A DNA stretch of 54,449 nucleotides from an uncultured Eubacteriales bacterium (GCA_902794055.1 CADBGC010000008.1:1-54449); one strand, 5' to 3'. Positions 27,210 to 36,077 are shown, counted from the stretch's first letter. The notes: generated by a model not told the origin, from the letters alone. Translations and numbers: made by a program.

Positions 27210-28562
27210 TTGATTGAGGGCAAAATATCAAAGCGAATAGCACTTTTCGCTCTGCCGATCTTCATCGGGCAGCTTTTTCAGCAGATGTACAATATCGCGG
27301 ATTCGCTCGTTGTGGGCAACGTGCTTGGCAAGCAGTCGCTCGCGGCGGTCAGCTCATCCGGCAGCCTTATCTTTTTGATAGTGGGCTTCATCTACGGCGT
27401 TTTCGTGGGCGCGGGCGTGGTCATCGGGCGATACTACGGCGCGCAGAAATACGACATGGTGCACAGGGCCGTGCATACCACCGTTGCGTTCGGCATTGCG
27501 GCGGGCCTGCTTCTGACCGTGTTCGGCATCATATTCACGCCGTTTATACTGAAGCTGATGCGCACCCCTGCGGACGTTCTGCCCGAGTCGATACGCTATT
27601 TCCGCTTCTATTTCGCGGGCTCATTGGGCAACGTTCTTTACAACGCCTTCAACGGCATCTTCCAGGCGCGGGGCGACAGCCGCCATCCGCTGTATTACCT
27701 GATGATAGCCTCGATTACGAACATTATTCTCGACGTACTTTTCGTTAAGTATCTCGGCTTCGGCATCGCAGGCGCGGCGGTGGCAACGGCGATATCGCAG
27801 TTCTTGAGCGCGGGCATATCGCTGTATAAGCTCACGCATGTGAACGACGTTCACCGCATCACGCTCAAGGATATCCGCTTTGATCCCCCGCTTCTCAAGG
27901 AAGTGCTCTCAACGGGACTTCCCACGGGCGTTCAGAACTCGGTCATCGGCTTTGCAAACGTTATCGTGCAGTCCAATATAAACGTGTTCGGCTCGGATGC
28001 TATGGCGGGCTGCGGCGCGTACTCCAAGCTTGAGGGCTTCGCGTTCCTGCCCGTAACGAGCTTCAGCGTTTCACTGACCACCTTCACAAGCCAGAACCTC
28101 GGCGCGAAGAAGTACGACCGCGTTAAAAAGGGCGCGGCGTTCGGGCTCGCTTCGGGCGTTATTCTCGCGGAGATAATCGGAATACTTTTCATCACCTTTG
28201 CGCCAAGGCTGATAGGGCTTTTCGACAGGTCGCCCGAGGTGGTGGCGTTCGGCGTTAAACAGGCGCGAACCGAGGCACTGTTTTACTGCCTGCTCTCGTT
28301 TTCGCATTGTATGGCGGGCATCATAAGGGGCTCGGGCAAAACCACCGTGCCGATGCTCGTTATGCTGATATGCTGGTGCGTTATCCGCGTTACCTATATA
28401 ACCGTAACAACAAAATACATCCCCGATATCGCCGTCATCTTCTGGGCGTATCCCATAACCTGGACGCTCAGCTCCATCGCTTTCGCCGTCTACTTCTTCA
28501 AGGCGGACTGGATGCATAATTTCGAGCGGCAGGAGCAGAGAATGAAAGCAAAGCTTAACTGA
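27210..28562 (+). CDS. MATE family efflux transporter
   Basis: 12-TM profile and the N-terminal signature ALPIFIGQLFQQMYNIADSLVVGN. TTG start. Confidence 0.9.
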   Translation: MIEGKISKRIALFALPIFIGQLFQQMYNIADSLVVGNVLGKQSLAAVSSSGSLIFLIVGFIYGVFVGAGVVIGRYYGAQKYDMVHRAVHTTVAFGIAAGLLLTVFGIIFTPFILKLMRTPADVLPESIRYFRFYFAGSLGNVLYNAFNGIFQARGDSRHPLYYLMIASITNIILDVLFVKYLGFGIAGAAVATAISQFLSAGISLYKLTHVNDVHRITLKDIRFDPPLLKEVLSTGLPTGVQNSVIGFANVIVQSNINVFGSDAMAGCGAYSKLEGFAFLPVTSFSVSLTTFTSQNLGAKKYDRVKKGAAFGLASGVILAEIIGILFITFAPRLIGLFDRSPEVVAFGVKQARTEALFYCLLSFSHCMAGIIRGSGKTTVPMLVMLICWCVIRVTYITVTTKYIPDIAVIFWAYPITWTLSSIAFAVYFFKADWMHNFERQEQRMKAKLN

Positions 28563-28607
28563 AAAGCATTATAAACCCCAAAATTTAAACCGAAAGGAAA
28601 TATAAAA

Positions 28608-29882
28608 ATGAACCACGAAACAGTATCCGCAAAAAGAGCATTCGCTCTGATGGAAAAGCTCGCTTACGTTCGTCTGAGCTGCAGCGAGGAGGAAAAGCGC
28701 GCCGCCGAGGAGCTTAAAAAGGAAGCCGCCTCATTCGGGCTTGACTGCACGATCGAGGAATTCGAGGCCGCGACCGGCGAAGTTACCAAGGCGACCTTCA
28801 AGGTGCTCGCTCCCTACGAAAAGGAGTACGAGGTAACGGGCTATATTCGCTCCGATTCAACACCCGACGAGGGGCTTGAGCTGGACTTCGTGTACGTTGA
28901 AAATGCGCTCGAAGCGAATCTCGTTGGCGTTGCGGGCAAGGCGATTCTCGTAAACGGCAGATTCGGCATGGATGCTTACGAGCGCATCCAAAAAGCGAAG
29001 CCCGCCGCCATCATCACATTCTCGGGCTCGGTGGACGACGACCTTTCCAAGACCGACCTTGAAATAAGGAAGATCCGCGAGACCTACGCCGAAAAGCACG
29101 GTTCCGCCGTTGCGCTGACGATCCGCGCGGCCGATGCGCTCGAGATCGTTAAGAGCGGCGCAAAGAAGGTTCATATTCTCGTCAAGAGCGAATCCAAGCA
29201 GGGCATTTCGCGCAACGTTTGCGGCGAGATCAAGGGCACTGAGTTCCCCGATGAGATAATCTCCTTCGGTGCGCATTTCGACAGCGTTTATTTCTCCACC
29301 GGCGTTTATGATAATATGTCCGGCTCGGTCATCATAATGGAGATCGCGCGCTACTTCATGGCCCATCCCCCGAAGCGCACCCTCAAATTCAACTGGTACG
29401 GCTCGGAGGAGCAGGGACTTCTCGGAAGCAAGGCGTATGTTGCGGCGCATAAGGAGGAGCTTGAGAAGCACCGCTTCATGATAAATGTGGACGTGGCAGC
29501 GCCCATCCTCGGCAAGGAGCTGATCTTCTGCATGGGCACCGAGGCGCTCAAGAGCTATGTTGATGCGATGATGAAGGAGCTCGGCAGAGCCGCCGTTGTT
29601 GAGGACGATATCTATTCAAGCGACAGCATCCCGTTCGCGGATAACGGCGTTCCCGGCATCAACTTCTGCCGCTTCGGTGCACCCGGAACCGCCTTCATCC
29701 ACGACAGGCGCGATAACCTCGCTCTCGGCTATATGTCCGCAGAGGCGCTGGATATCACGCTTCAAAACGCGCTCGAGTTCTCAAAGCGCGTAATAAACGC
29801 CCCCGTGTTCCCGATCGAGAGGAAGATATCCGATTCCATCAGGGGCAAGGTGGATAAGTATCTGTTCAAGAAGAAGGATTAA
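28608..29882 (+). CDS. M28 family metallopeptidase with a PA domain
   Basis: Zinc-ligand blocks FGAHFDSV, DNMSGSVIIMEIARYF and YGSEEQGLLGSKAYV. Confidence 0.85.
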   Translation: MNHETVSAKRAFALMEKLAYVRLSCSEEEKRAAEELKKEAASFGLDCTIEEFEAATGEVTKATFKVLAPYEKEYEVTGYIRSDSTPDEGLELDFVYVENALEANLVGVAGKAILVNGRFGMDAYERIQKAKPAAIITFSGSVDDDLSKTDLEIRKIRETYAEKHGSAVALTIRAADALEIVKSGAKKVHILVKSESKQGISRNVCGEIKGTEFPDEIISFGAHFDSVYFSTGVYDNMSGSVIIMEIARYFMAHPPKRTLKFNWYGSEEQGLLGSKAYVAAHKEELEKHRFMINVDVAAPILGKELIFCMGTEALKSYVDAMMKELGRAAVVEDDIYSSDSIPFADNGVPGINFCRFGAPGTAFIHDRRDNLALGYMSAEALDITLQNALEFSKRVINAPVFPIERKISDSIRGKVDKYLFKKKD

Positions 29883-29897
29883 AATCAAAACTGAACT

Positions 29898-29935
29898 ATA
29901 TCGCCGCGTGATACATTTTGCGCGGCGATATTTCT
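29898..29935 (+). terminator. Rho-independent terminator
   Basis: ATATCGCCGCG (29898-29908) pairs with CGCGGCGATAT (29921-29931), followed by TTCT. Confidence 0.65.
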
Positions 29936-29994
29936 ATACTGAATAGACAAGCAAAAGACAGGTGAAAAGTCATTTGAAACGCTGAAACAAAGCC

Positions 29995-30024
29995 TTGATA
30001 AGTGAACGTATGATAAGGTATAAT
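29995..30024 (+). promoter_or_regulatory. Putative promoter upstream of the CPBP gene
   Basis: TTGATA, an 18-nt spacer, then TATAAT (30019-30024). Confidence 0.5.
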
Positions 30025-30130
30025 GAATTATGGAGGCGAGCGGCGGTATGAATGCTATATGTTTTGCAGGCTTGCGTTTAGGGCATGAAGCGTAAATCGG
30101 AAGGAATAAAGAGAATAAATATCGATATTC

Positions 30131-30739
30131 GTGCATTTTATCGTATTCTCTTGTGCATGGTTTTTTACTGCGCTGATCGCTGTCGATCTGATAAAACAAT
30201 TCATTCTTATTGCGGTTTCGATGAACATTGTCCTTTTATCGGTAAGCAATTCGCTGATGAAAAAGGATTTCGGTATCGAAGCTTTTGCCTGTAGGAACAA
30301 GCGCAGGATCGTTACGGCTTTCTTTAACGGATTTTTGTATGCTCTGCTGTTCGCTGTTGCGGTCTTTTTTACGTTCGCCGTTTTTCAGGACGTTACCTTT
30401 CTGGTGAAACAAGGTAATCTTGGGTTTTGGTCGCTATTCGTATGGGTGATAGTTCAAATTATAACTGCATTCGCAGAGGAGCTGTTTTTCCGAATCTATG
30501 CTTATGAGGTGCTTTTTTCCGCATTCCGAAGAAAGCTTCTATCAATAGTGCTTATATCGCTTATGTTTGCAGGTGTTCATATAGCCTTGCACGGCAATAT
30601 CAAGCAGTTCTTTGTTTCTTTGGTTTTTAGCTTTTATGCTTTCGGCATCAAAGAAAAAAGACCCGATGACACCCTCTATTATTTGGGATGGATGCACTTT
30701 ATATACAACTGCCTTGCGCGTTTCGTGTTTTCTGTTTAA
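30131..30739 (+). CDS. CPBP-family intramembrane glutamic endopeptidase (CAAX protease / Abi-like)
   Basis: Motif 1 EELFFRIYAY and motif 2 FAGVHI in a polytopic membrane protein. It lies in a lower-GC segment. The start codon is uncertain (GTG 30131 or an internal ATG). Confidence 0.75.
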   Translation: MHFIVFSCAWFFTALIAVDLIKQFILIAVSMNIVLLSVSNSLMKKDFGIEAFACRNKRRIVTAFFNGFLYALLFAVAVFFTFAVFQDVTFLVKQGNLGFWSLFVWVIVQIITAFAEELFFRIYAYEVLFSAFRRKLLSIVLISLMFAGVHIALHGNIKQFFVSLVFSFYAFGIKEKRPDDTLYYLGWMHFIYNCLARFVFSV

Positions 30740-30869
30740 AATGGAGGAGAAGCCTTATAAACCCGCGTGTAAACCAAAGGTAGAGTGAACTAAACCCCGA
30801 GTCGGTTGAGTAAATTGGGAGGAATATGCTAATATGAGCGCATCCAAAACACAAGGAGGCAATCTTAAA

Positions 30870-31271
30870 ATGTCAGAATTAACGATGGGCGGCTTAATCG
30901 CCGCAAAGCGGCAGGAAAAGGGGCTCACTCAGCTCGAGCTCGGCGAAAAGCTGGGCGTTACCGACAAGGCGGTTTCAAAATGGGAGCGGAATATCTCCTG
31001 CCCCGATATCGGCTCGATACCGAGGCTTGCAGAGGTGCTCGGCGTTTCCGTTGAGGAATTGCTGCGCGTGAACAATACCGCCGCGAATGAGAAGCCGAAG
31101 AAAGAAATAGGCTTTATGCTCTCGCTTCCGTTCAAGGCGATCGCGCTTGCGATGGGCGTTGCTGTCGCGGTGCTTGCCGTGCTTGAAAAGCTCGATGCTA
31201 AATCCGCATTCATAATGCTCGGCATAGGGCTTGCTCTTTTGGGCATCACAAGCCTCGGGGAGGATAAGTAA
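30870..31271 (+). CDS. XRE-family HTH regulator with a C-terminal membrane anchor
   Basis: HTH segment KGLTQLELGEKLGVTDKAVSKWERN, then the TM region AIALAMGVAVAVLAVL. The ATG at 30870 follows an AAGGAGG RBS. Confidence 0.8.
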   Translation: MSELTMGGLIAAKRQEKGLTQLELGEKLGVTDKAVSKWERNISCPDIGSIPRLAEVLGVSVEELLRVNNTAANEKPKKEIGFMLSLPFKAIALAMGVAVAVLAVLEKLDAKSAFIMLGIGLALLGITSLGEDK

Positions 31272-31291
31272 AACTCAATAAGCGCTGCTTT

Positions 31292-31319
31292 GGACACCCT
31301 ACGCGGTGTCCGATTTTAT
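31292..31319 (+). terminator. Rho-independent terminator
   Basis: GGACACC-ctacgc-GGTGTCC followed by GATTTTAT. Confidence 0.6.
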
Positions 31320-31450
31320 ACAGCATACATTCCGAAAAAAAGAAATAGGATGAAGAGCGAAGCGAAACAAAAATATAATCCCCGCGCGTGCGGTTTTTCG
31401 CGCTGTATGTGCTATAATGGAAAAAAAGAGTTTGAATCGAGGAAATCCAA

Positions 31451-32869
31451 GTGACCGGCGCGCAATCAAAAAAGGGCTTTTTAGGCAAAAAAGACGTTGA
31501 TATGACGGAGGGCAATATACTGCGGCATCTGATCGCATTCGCCCTTCCGCTTCTTCTCGGCAATATTTTTCAGCAGCTTTACAACACTGTGGACACCTGG
31601 GTGGTGGGCAACTACGTCAGCAAGGAGGCGTTTTCGGCGGTCGGCACCGTTGGCCCGATCATGAACACGCTTATCGGAACCTTCATGGGTCTCTCCGCGG
31701 GCGCGGGCGTGGTCATCTCGCAGTATTACGGCGCCAAGCAGCACGAAAAGGTTCAGGATACGGTGCATACCGCGCTCACGCTGACGCTTATCCTCGGCGC
31801 GGTCTTTACGGCGCTCGGCATATTTATGACGCCGTATATGCTCAAGCTGATGAAAACGCCCGAAACGGTTTTGCCCGAGGCAACGCGCTATCTTCAGATC
31901 TATTTTTCCGGCATTCTCGGCCTCATGGTCTACAATATCGGCTCCGGCATAATGCGCGCGGTCGGCGACTCGCAGCGCCCGTTCATGTTTCTTTGCGTTT
32001 CAGCGGGAACGAACACCGTGCTCGATCTTCTGTTCGTTCTCGGCTTCAAGATGGGCGTGGAGGGCGTTGCGCTCGCAACGATAATCGCGCAGTTCGTTTC
32101 GGCGGCGCTCGTGGTATTCACCCTTATGCGCTCCGACAACTGCTGTAAGCTCGTGCCGAAAAAGCTTCGCATCCACGGCGAAATGCTCAAAAAGATACTC
32201 GCCGTCGGCATCCCCGCCGCGCTTCAGATGGCCGTTACCTCGTTCTCAAACGTTTTCGTGCAGAGCTATATCAACCATTTCGGCGAGGACTGCATGGGCG
32301 GCTGGACGGCATACGCCAAGATCGACCAGTTCCTATTCCTGCCGATGCAGAGCATATCGCTTGCGGGAACCACCTTCGTTGGTCAGAATCTCGGCGTGGG
32401 CAACACGAAGCGTGCCAAAAAGGGCATAGGCTACGCTCTGGCGATCTCCGCCGCCGCAACGGTCATTCTGATGATACCTGTGCTCGCGTTCGCGCCCAAG
32501 CTCGTTGAATTCTTCAACGGTTCGCCCGAGGTAGTCAAATACGGATCCATGCTTCTTAGGCTCATATCGCCCTTCTACGTGCTTTGCTGCGTTAATCAGG
32601 TGCTTGCGGGTTCTCTTCGCGGCGCGGGCAACAGCCGAACGCCGATGTTTATAATGCTTGGAAGCTTCGTTCTGTTCCGCCAGATCTATCTTTACATTAT
32701 GGCAAACTATATCAGCAACACGATAAAGCCAATTGCGCTTTCCTACCCTGCGGGCTGGCTCGTTTGCTCCACAATAACGCTTATCTACTTCCTCAAGGCA
32801 AACTGGGATAAATACAGGCTCGTTAAGGATGATGAAAATGATAAAAGTCAAGATAAAAACATGACTTGA
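31451..32869 (+). CDS. MATE family efflux transporter (intact reading frame; its 3' end abuts an inserted islet)
   Basis: 12-TM profile and the signature ALPLLLGNIFQQLYNTVDTWVVGN. The last roughly 13 codons (DDENDKSQDKNMT) are AT-rich, unlike the rest of the gene. Confidence 0.9.
   Translation: MTGAQSKKGFLGKKDVDMTEGNILRHLIAFALPLLLGNIFQQLYNTVDTWVVGNYVSKEAFSAVGTVGPIMNTLIGTFMGLSAGAGVVISQYYGAKQHEKVQDTVHTALTLTLILGAVFTALGIFMTPYMLKLMKTPETVLPEATRYLQIYFSGILGLMVYNIGSGIMRAVGDSQRPFMFLCVSAGTNTVLDLLFVLGFKMGVEGVALATIIAQFVSAALVVFTLMRSDNCCKLVPKKLRIHGEMLKKILAVGIPAALQMAVTSFSNVFVQSYINHFGEDCMGGWTAYAKIDQFLFLPMQSISLAGTTFVGQNLGVGNTKRAKKGIGYALAISAAATVILMIPVLAFAPKLVEFFNGSPEVVKYGSMLLRLISPFYVLCCVNQVLAGSLRGAGNSRTPMFIMLGSFVLFRQIYLYIMANYISNTIKPIALSYPAGWLVCSTITLIYFLKANWDKYRLVKDDENDKSQDKNMT
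32736..32829 (+). repeat. Left copy of an imperfect direct repeat of about 95 bp (MATE 3' end)
   Basis: It aligns with 34282-34375 at roughly 85% identity by eye, including the identical 26-mer tgggataaatacaggctcgttaagga. Confidence 0.85.
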
Positions 32870-32917
32870 TTGTATGCAATTAACTAATGCCAATTTAGAA
32901 AGGAAAGAACAGAGAAC

Positions 32918-34276
32918 ATGAGTAATGGGTACATTAATGAAATTGAGTATGCGAGATTCGTTTTGAATTCGCTATATAAAGATAATCCTAAACTCGTCGA
33001 ACAATATAGAGTAGAAAGCGATAAAAATCGATGGTATATTTATGATGCGGTTGCCTTTGGTGAATTGCGGCTGTCGTCGTTCGGCGCGAAGGATATTCTT
33101 GCTGATAGAATTGCAATTGAAATTAAAAACACACGAACCTTGAACGACAGTACTATTCGTTCCTTTATTCACCTTGCGGAGGAGCAAGGCTTTGATGCAG
33201 TGGTTTTTATATTTAATGGCAAGCCGAGAGAATCATATTATGATTATAATAGCGATAAAATCCAAATCTGCTTTATTCCCGCAGAAGGTAAAAATAATGA
33301 ATACAACCGCGCAGCTAAGAACAAAGTTGGAGTTGATCCTGCGCTTTTGATTGATGAATATACATTGTCGCGTTTGAAGGAAGCAAAGAATGATTTAGCA
33401 TTTGCCATAGGTGCAGGCTGCTCACGAGGATCACATATAAGTGATTGGAAAACACTTAGCAAAGCGCTTGGATACGAACTTCTGTATGAAATTGTAGCGA
33501 ACGCCGCAGAATCAATGTATAGGAGCAAAGTGATAACTGATAGATTAAACGATGGGGTTTTTGAGTGCTTTGATTCCACATCTGCGCTGGATGCGATTTA
33601 TCGATGTGTCTATGAATCTGACTATGAATCTAAGTCAAAGATTAATTATTGGAAAGCAATAAAAAGGGTGCTTTACATGGAATATGATGCTGAGAAGAAG
33701 GATAATAAGTTAATGGAAGCAATATCCAACTGCATTGAGAGAAACCATGTTAAGGAAGTTATTAACTATAATTTTGATTCTGTTCTTGAACAATATATGA
33801 ATTCGGCCTACAAATCTACTGTGAAAGAAGTTGAGCAGAGTCAAGTGACAATAAAAGAGTGTACGATTTCCCATGTTCATGGTTATATACCGTATGATTA
33901 TCGCGGAAAAGGGACTGTTGGAAACTTTGTTTTTATCGACACTGAATACTATGATAATATGATGGAAAGGGAGAACTTTACAAACAGCGTTCAGAAAAGA
34001 ATACTTGAAAGTAAAAATGTTATTTTTGTTGGCTTTTCCTTTACAGATACAAATGTGAAAGAGATTCTGCGTGAGCGACACAATAATAGTGAACCCTCGC
34101 AGAACTCAATTTTTGCTTTCCGTAAACTGCCGACCTTCGACTTTGAAGGAACAAATAATGCACTAATTGAGAAGAGGTATAAGGATCTTTTTGAAAAGTA
34201 TTTCGGATCACTGGGCGTCATAGTGGTATGGGTAAAGGACTTTAATGATATTCCGAAAATTATAAATATGATATAA
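32918..34276 (+). CDS. SIR2-like (SIR2_2 / defence-associated sirtuin type) protein with an N-terminal PD-(D/E)xK-like module, 452 aa
   Basis: Clean ORF in an AT-rich islet. The C-terminal half carries LAFAIGAGCS (GAGxS), VINYNFDSVLE (NYD/LE block), SHVHGYIP (catalytic-His block) and VIFVGFSFTDTN (GxSxxD). The N-terminus carries YIYD...DRIAIEIKN. Confidence 0.8.
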   Translation: MSNGYINEIEYARFVLNSLYKDNPKLVEQYRVESDKNRWYIYDAVAFGELRLSSFGAKDILADRIAIEIKNTRTLNDSTIRSFIHLAEEQGFDAVVFIFNGKPRESYYDYNSDKIQICFIPAEGKNNEYNRAAKNKVGVDPALLIDEYTLSRLKEAKNDLAFAIGAGCSRGSHISDWKTLSKALGYELLYEIVANAAESMYRSKVITDRLNDGVFECFDSTSALDAIYRCVYESDYESKSKINYWKAIKRVLYMEYDAEKKDNKLMEAISNCIERNHVKEVINYNFDSVLEQYMNSAYKSTVKEVEQSQVTIKECTISHVHGYIPYDYRGKGTVGNFVFIDTEYYDNMMERENFTNSVQKRILESKNVIFVGFSFTDTNVKEILRERHNNSEPSQNSIFAFRKLPTFDFEGTNNALIEKRYKDLFEKYFGSLGVIVVWVKDFNDIPKIINMI

Positions 34277-34280
34277 TTAC

Positions 34281-34403
34281 ACCCTCGCCTACCCCGCCGG
34301 CTGGCTGGTTTGCTCCACCATAACGTTCATCTATTTCCTCAGGGCAAATTGGGATAAATACAGGCTCGTTAAGGACGAGGAAACTGAGTCGAGCGGCAAA
34401 TAA
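34281..34403 (+). pseudogene. Orphan 3' fragment of a MATE gene (right repeat copy plus its own stop)
   Basis: It translates in frame to TLAYPAGWLVCSTITFIYFLRANWDKYRLVKDEETESSGK*. The intact gene end reads ALSYPAGWLVCSTITLIYFLKANWDKYRLVKDDEND... The fragment has no start codon or RBS, and its GC is host-like. Confidence 0.8.
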
Positions 34404-34409
34404 TCGGTG

Positions 34410-34438
34410 TTGAACTATTCTCTCTTCTATGTTAAAAT
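34410..34438 (+). promoter_or_regulatory. Putative promoter
   Basis: TTGAAC, a 17-nt spacer, then TAAAAT. Confidence 0.5.
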
Positions 34439-34495
34439 ATTCGTCATAGCGGCGTAAAAGGCCGTAACGCCCTAAAAGAGAGAGTAGAGAACGCT

Positions 34496-35941
34496 ATGGA
34501 AAACCCGATAACCGAAATTGAACTGCTCGAAACGGAGCAAAAAAAGCCCCGGTTTCCACGCGGAAAGGCGCTTGCGGTGCTTATCGTCCGCATCCTTGCG
34601 GTCGCTGCCGCCGTCTGCGGCTTCGTGCTGTATGCGCTTGCGCATAAAAACTATAAGCTCACCGAGTTCGGCATGTCCATCGTAACGCTCGGACTCTTCG
34701 TTTTGATATTTATTTCCGCCGCGCCGAAGCTTGTGGATCTGATCGTTGGAGACAGCAGCATCGAGTATCTTGAGCGAAGCGCATCGAGGCGCGCTTGGCG
34801 CAATTTCTTTATCATCTGCATAGCCGCGCTATTGCTGCACGCGGCTGCCGGTATAATCGGCACTTTCATATTCAAAACCTTCAATCAATACGGCGCTTCC
34901 GTTAAGGACGTTTTCAAGCTCTGGCGCAATTCGTGGATGAAGGGCAACACCGACGCGGGGCATTATCTCAAGATAGCCGAAAACTGGTACGTTAAGGAAG
35001 GCAACGACAGGCTTCTTATCGTTTTCCTGCCGATGCTCCCCGTGCTGATTCGCGCGTTCAACCTCGTTTTTCACGACAGCTTCATCTCGGCTCAGATCAT
35101 AAACGCGCTTGCCTCCGCGCTCGCCTCGGGCATGGTCTATATGACCCTGCTTCCCATAATCGGCAGCCGCCGCAGCAAGGTCGGCGCGTTCGTTTCCATA
35201 CTGCTTCCCGGTATGATCTTCATGAATTCGCCGATGAGCGAGCCGCTTTTCCTGCTCTTCACCGCCTGCGCGTTCTTCTTCATGCAGCGAAAGCAGTTCG
35301 TGCTTTCGGGCATCTTCGTCGCCTGCGCGGGCTTCACCCGTTCGCTCGGCGTGATTGCCGCAGTTCCGCTCGCTCTGGTCGGAATAGGGCATATCGTGCG
35401 CCTTATGCGCGATAAAAAGCCGTGGGGCAAGGCGTTTGCGCTGCTTGCAGTCGGTCTTGTTATCTCCACGTTCGGAACGCTCGGCTATCTCTATATCAAC
35501 TATTCGATACATGGGGATGCGCTGAAATTTTTTGAGTTCCAGTCCGGCAATTGGCATCAGAATTTCAATCCATTCTTCGACACCACGCGCTATATGCTGA
35601 ATTATGCGGTGCGCTACTATCAGCAGGGCAGCATCGAAAAGCTCGTTTCGCTCTGGGTGCCGGGTCTTATCGCTATATTCGGCTCGCTCATACTCATCGA
35701 GGCGAAGGCGAAAAAGCTTCCCGCGAGCTACACCGTTTACTTTCTCGCCTATTCTGCGGTCGCCATCGGCTGCACCTGGCTGCTTTCAGCCATGCGCTAT
35801 ATCTCGGCGGCGCTGCCGGTTACGGCGGCCATCGCGCACTGTGCCGATAAAAAATGGAAAACGGCGGCGCTTTTCATAATACTTGCCGCGCTCTATCTCG
35901 GTTACACCTATATGTATATGATGCGCTGGGAAACCTATTGA
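34496..35941 (+). CDS. Polytopic membrane protein, PIG-V / PMT_2-like mannosyltransferase candidate
   Basis: About 11 TM helices, with the motif GHYLKIAENWYVKEGNDRLLIVFLPMLPVLIRAF, which is typical of bacterial PIG-V-like glycosyltransferases. Confidence 0.6.
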   Translation: MENPITEIELLETEQKKPRFPRGKALAVLIVRILAVAAAVCGFVLYALAHKNYKLTEFGMSIVTLGLFVLIFISAAPKLVDLIVGDSSIEYLERSASRRAWRNFFIICIAALLLHAAAGIIGTFIFKTFNQYGASVKDVFKLWRNSWMKGNTDAGHYLKIAENWYVKEGNDRLLIVFLPMLPVLIRAFNLVFHDSFISAQIINALASALASGMVYMTLLPIIGSRRSKVGAFVSILLPGMIFMNSPMSEPLFLLFTACAFFFMQRKQFVLSGIFVACAGFTRSLGVIAAVPLALVGIGHIVRLMRDKKPWGKAFALLAVGLVISTFGTLGYLYINYSIHGDALKFFEFQSGNWHQNFNPFFDTTRYMLNYAVRYYQQGSIEKLVSLWVPGLIAIFGSLILIEAKAKKLPASYTVYFLAYSAVAIGCTWLLSAMRYISAALPVTAAIAHCADKKWKTAALFIILAALYLGYTYMYMMRWETY

Positions 35942-35966
35942 ACCATTGCGTGCAAAGGAACAACTC

Positions 35967-36006
35967 AAAACGCTTCCACTCGGCAAGGGGGGGGAGCGTT
36001 TTTTGC
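35967..36006 (+). terminator. Rho-independent terminator
   Basis: AAAACGCT...AGCGTTTTTT imperfect hairpin with a T-run. Confidence 0.55.
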
Positions 36007-36048
36007 TGAAACGAAGCGACTTTTGTTTAAATATACTCGTTTTTCCTA

Positions 36049-36077
36049 TTGACAAGAGAGGGGGAATGGAGTATTAT
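36049..36077 (+). promoter_or_regulatory. Putative feo operon promoter
   Basis: TTGACA (36049-36054), a 17-nt spacer, then TATTAT (36072-36077). Confidence 0.65.
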
